A stretch of 61,583 nt of DNA, the filler included. It is 7 parts of 7 records of this genome, joined end to end, with 100 filler letters (N's around TTAATTAATTAA, not from the genome) between each part and the next. Parts side by side here need not be neighbours in the genome. Positions count along the whole stretch, not along the records: positions 50,758 to 61,583 come from SRR31156797_7061; 6 more parts are not named here. The stretch is one strand, 5' to 3'. A program made the position numbers and the translations under genes. The notes below the pieces were generated by a model. It saw only the letters and a list, made by a program, of their open reading frames with translations. It was not told the origin of the DNA and ran no database searches. This document shows, piece after piece, positions 58,819 to 61,583 of the stretch. Position 1 is the stretch's first letter; every line of letters starts with the position of its first letter.

Positions 58819-60273
58819 TTACAAAACCGGACCGAACATGGCAACAGTGTTGTTAAACAGCCTGTGATGCCAATTCCAGGAAGTAACCATTTCGCTGGTA
58901 ACCTGCTGTGCATTTGCAATATAACTTTCTTGTCTGTTATGAACATCAGCCGTCAACGCACGGTCATGAAACAAAATATTGTTTTCATAATTTAAGTCAA
59001 AACTGCGTCGGTCCATGTTTGCAGAGCCTATTAAAGTGATTTCCCCATCACAGGTCAATGACTTGGTATGCAGCAGCCCACCCTTATATTCAAAGATCTG
59101 CACTCCTGCTGCGAGAAGATCGTTGTAAAAAGATCGACTTGCAGCACCTACAATCCAAGAATCATTGACCTTAGGAAAAATAATTATTGTATCGACTCCC
59201 CGTCTGGCACTTGCACACAATGCTCCTTGCATGGCTTCATTGGGCACATAGTATGGAGTTGAGATGACGAGCTTCTTCCTGGCTGAATAGATAAGTGTCT
59301 CAAACATTTCCGGCATAGCTGAAGTACGGCTGGTTGGCCCAGTCCCTATAACTTGTGCCGGAAACCCGTCTTGAAACCAGGCAGGTGTTGCTTCAAGGAG
59401 ACTGCTGATATCTTCGCCGGTTTCAGCCTGCCAGTCGCAAGCAAATAAGTATTGATTCTGGAGCGCTATCGGCCCCTCAAAACGGACCAATAAATCCACC
59501 CATGGAGCATATTTTTCTTTTACGCGAAATTCCGGATCAGCACAATTTTGACTCCCGCAATAGGTTATCCGGTTATCAATTACAACAATTTTGCGGTGAT
59601 TACGCAGATCTATTCGCCCTTTTAGGGGCCGCAGCAATGGGTTACCTATGGGGAGGGCATTACAGACATTGACTCCTGCTCGCTGCAAAGCCTCCCAGTG
59701 TGGAGAGCGGATAAATCCTCTGGAGCCTAAGTCATCAACAAGTGCCCGGCATTTTACTCCGCGGCCAGAGGCTCGTTGCAGTGCCTCGACAACCTTCAGT
59801 CCATTATTATCCGTTAGCCAGATGTAGAAAAGAAGGTGAACATGTTCCCGGGCCTGATCAATGTCTGCAACAATAGCATCAACAGCTGCATTGGAATCTG
59901 CTGTCAACATTGCACAGTTACCGCCGGCAGGAATGAAGCCGTTGATGGTTGTTCCCATTTCGAAAAGATGTTCATGGCTTGCCGACACCTGCTTTTCTAC
60001 TCCCTCCTCATGCCTCCTTGGTATACTGGCTGAAGGCGGCATTTGACTGATGATATTCTTCATCCCCTCGATGCGTTTTCTCCCTATACTGGTTTCACCC
60101 AACAACAGGTAAGCGAACATGCCAAACAGTGGTAGAGCGAGAATCACGACTGTCCATGCAACACGTGAAGCTGGTTCTCTTGCAGGGCGCAACAGCACTC
60201 GGATAATAAGCAAAATCTGAGCGATAAAATGTAAGCTTGTTATGAAGATGGCTGTTAAGGCTCCTTCGTGCAT
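58819..60273 (-). CDS. cls: Cardiolipin synthase
   Basis: Two N-terminal TM helices and two HKD motifs (HRKIVVID, HTKSLTCD). Confidence 0.92.
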   Translation of the reverse strand: MHEGALTAIFITSLHFIAQILLIIRVLLRPAREPASRVAWTVVILALPLFGMFAYLLLGETSIGRKRIEGMKNIISQMPPSASIPRRHEEGVEKQVSASHEHLFEMGTTINGFIPAGGNCAMLTADSNAAVDAIVADIDQAREHVHLLFYIWLTDNNGLKVVEALQRASGRGVKCRALVDDLGSRGFIRSPHWEALQRAGVNVCNALPIGNPLLRPLKGRIDLRNHRKIVVIDNRITYCGSQNCADPEFRVKEKYAPWVDLLVRFEGPIALQNQYLFACDWQAETGEDISSLLEATPAWFQDGFPAQVIGTGPTSRTSAMPEMFETLIYSARKKLVISTPYYVPNEAMQGALCASARRGVDTIIIFPKVNDSWIVGAASRSFYNDLLAAGVQIFEYKGGLLHTKSLTCDGEITLIGSANMDRRSFDLNYENNILFHDRALTADVHNRQESYIANAQQVTSEMVTSWNWHHRLFNNTVAMFGPVL

Positions 60274-60408
60274 CTATGAATCTCCCTTACTGTTATTAAA
60301 TGAGTCTTGGAGATGCCAAGAATTTCGCGGTACTCTGCAAAACGTTAGCATGTCATGGTTGACAAGGTAATAGGCACTCTTCAGCAGTATCGTCGAGACC
60401 CAATATCC

Positions 60409-61583
60409 TCAAAGAGTTGCCACATACTTTTCAACAGCCTTGACAGCATCAGAGGCTGAACTCGTAATACCACCGGTGTAGCCGGCACCTTCACCAATCG
60501 GGTAGAGATTTTTCACATTTTCTGATTCATATTTTTCGTTGCGCTTAATGCGGACAGGGGATGAAGTACGTGTTTCAACACCGATTAATATCGCCTTATC
60601 AGATACAAACAAGGGTACCTCTTCTTTCCATTTCGTGAATGCTGCGACCAGTTCATCGGCTACAAACCCCGGAACAATATCTCTCATCTCAGCAGCAACA
60701 ACTCCCATCTTAAAGGAGGTGTCTTGTAAACTTACAGAGCTGGTCTCACCTAAAAATGCCATCAAATTCTGCGCAGGTGATTTCCACATTCCCCCGCCTG
60801 CTCTAAAAGCGTTTTGCTCAATTTGCTGCTGGAACTCCAAACCTGCCAAAGGATTGGTTGAGGGGTAATCGTCGGTATGGCAGCTGACCACCAACGCTGC
60901 ATTGGAAAAGGGCGATAATCGCTGCGAATAACTCATCCCGTTGACGACCATCTTCCCATGGCTAGATGAGGCATTGACGACCTCACCTCCAGGGCACATG
61001 CAGAATGTATAGACCCCTCTACGTATTTTTCGATTGGTATAGTTCAAAGAATAGGTGGCCGCCCCTATTTTTCTATAGTCCTTATATTTATCCCCGTATC
61101 GCATGAGATTGATGGTTTCAACAGGGTGCTCTATCCGCACCCCAACGGAAATGGGCTTCTGCTCAAGGGCAACCTTATGTGAATGCAGCATCTCATATGT
61201 ATCGCGCGCTGAATGCCCCAAAGCAATATAGATAGTTGACGAAAGATAGTCTTTCTCATCGTTTATGCGTATCCCAGTTGCCGCCCCCTCCGAAATAAGG
61301 ATGTCAGTCATTTTTGCGCTATAATGTATTTCCCCGCCTCTATCGATGATATAGCGCCTGATATTCCGCACTATCTTACACAGAACATCAGTACCCAAAT
61401 GGGGTTTACTAATATACTCAATCTCCTCAGGTGCGCCAAACTTGACAAAGGTTCGCAACACCCTATTTACATAGCTCGTATTATTATTTCTCCGGGAAAA
61501 GAGTTTGCCGTCGGAATATGAACCAGCACCGCCCTCACCAAACTGAATATTTGACTCTGTGTTTATCTCCCTTTCTTTAATAA
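60409..61583 (-). CDS. FAD-dependent oxidoreductase (uncharacterised dehydrogenase family, 5' truncated)
   Basis: Frame is open to the window end: QFGEGGAGSYSDGKL, PHLGTD, TFCMCPGG, ETRTSSP and GEGAGYTGGI. Confidence 0.88.
   Translation of the reverse strand, partial: IKEREINTESNIQFGEGGAGSYSDGKLFSRRNNNTSYVNRVLRTFVKFGAPEEIEYISKPHLGTDVLCKIVRNIRRYIIDRGGEIHYSAKMTDILISEGAATGIRINDEKDYLSSTIYIALGHSARDTYEMLHSHKVALEQKPISVGVRIEHPVETINLMRYGDKYKDYRKIGAATYSLNYTNRKIRRGVYTFCMCPGGEVVNASSSHGKMVVNGMSYSQRLSPFSNAALVVSCHTDDYPSTNPLAGLEFQQQIEQNAFRAGGGMWKSPAQNLMAFLGETSSVSLQDTSFKMGVVAAEMRDIVPGFVADELVAAFTKWKEEVPLFVSDKAILIGVETRTSSPVRIKRNEKYESENVKNLYPIGEGAGYTGGITSSASDAVKAVEKYVATL

Overview
The window is not one locus. 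It is seven unrelated assembly fragments joined by identical 100-nt spacers (N-run, TTAATTAATTAA, N-run); taxonomic labels below are inferred from composition and gene families. (1) 1-10456, Bacteroidetes-like: DASS transporter, trehalose cluster (TPS/TPP fusion, HAD, GH65, P-loop kinase), MORN-repeat protein and S8 peptidase. (2) 10557-17347, Bacteroidetes-like: a six-gene operon encoding a Tat-lipoprotein polyferredoxin with at least 8 [4Fe-4S] motifs, a predicted outer-membrane beta-barrel, a NapH/MauN-like membrane Fe-S protein, a DUF318 permease and two paralogous secreted three-Cys proteins. This is the best candidate for an undescribed system, possibly a heme-free trans-envelope Fe-S electron conduit. 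(3) 17448-26913, GC-rich alphaproteobacterial: metabolic genes, a FliL-like gene and an atypical Cle-like receiver protein. (4) 27014-32110, Bacteroidetes-like: TetR/LolA-like pair and a VIT-vWA-TonB_C fusion. (5) 32211-38907, deltaproteobacterial-like: AsnB/PP-loop/ACP/AMP-ligase module, a decayed group II intron placed right after a terminator, and an FN3/Ig surface protein. (6) 39008-50657, clostridial-like: large surface proteins next to an O-antigen-ligase-like gene. (7) 50758-61583, deltaproteobacterial-like: PAS-MCP, GNAT/HDAC/YkgJ trio, ABC importer, cardiolipin synthase and FAD oxidoreductase. No rRNA, tRNA or CRISPR array was recognised. All family calls come from motif recognition by eye; no database searches were run.
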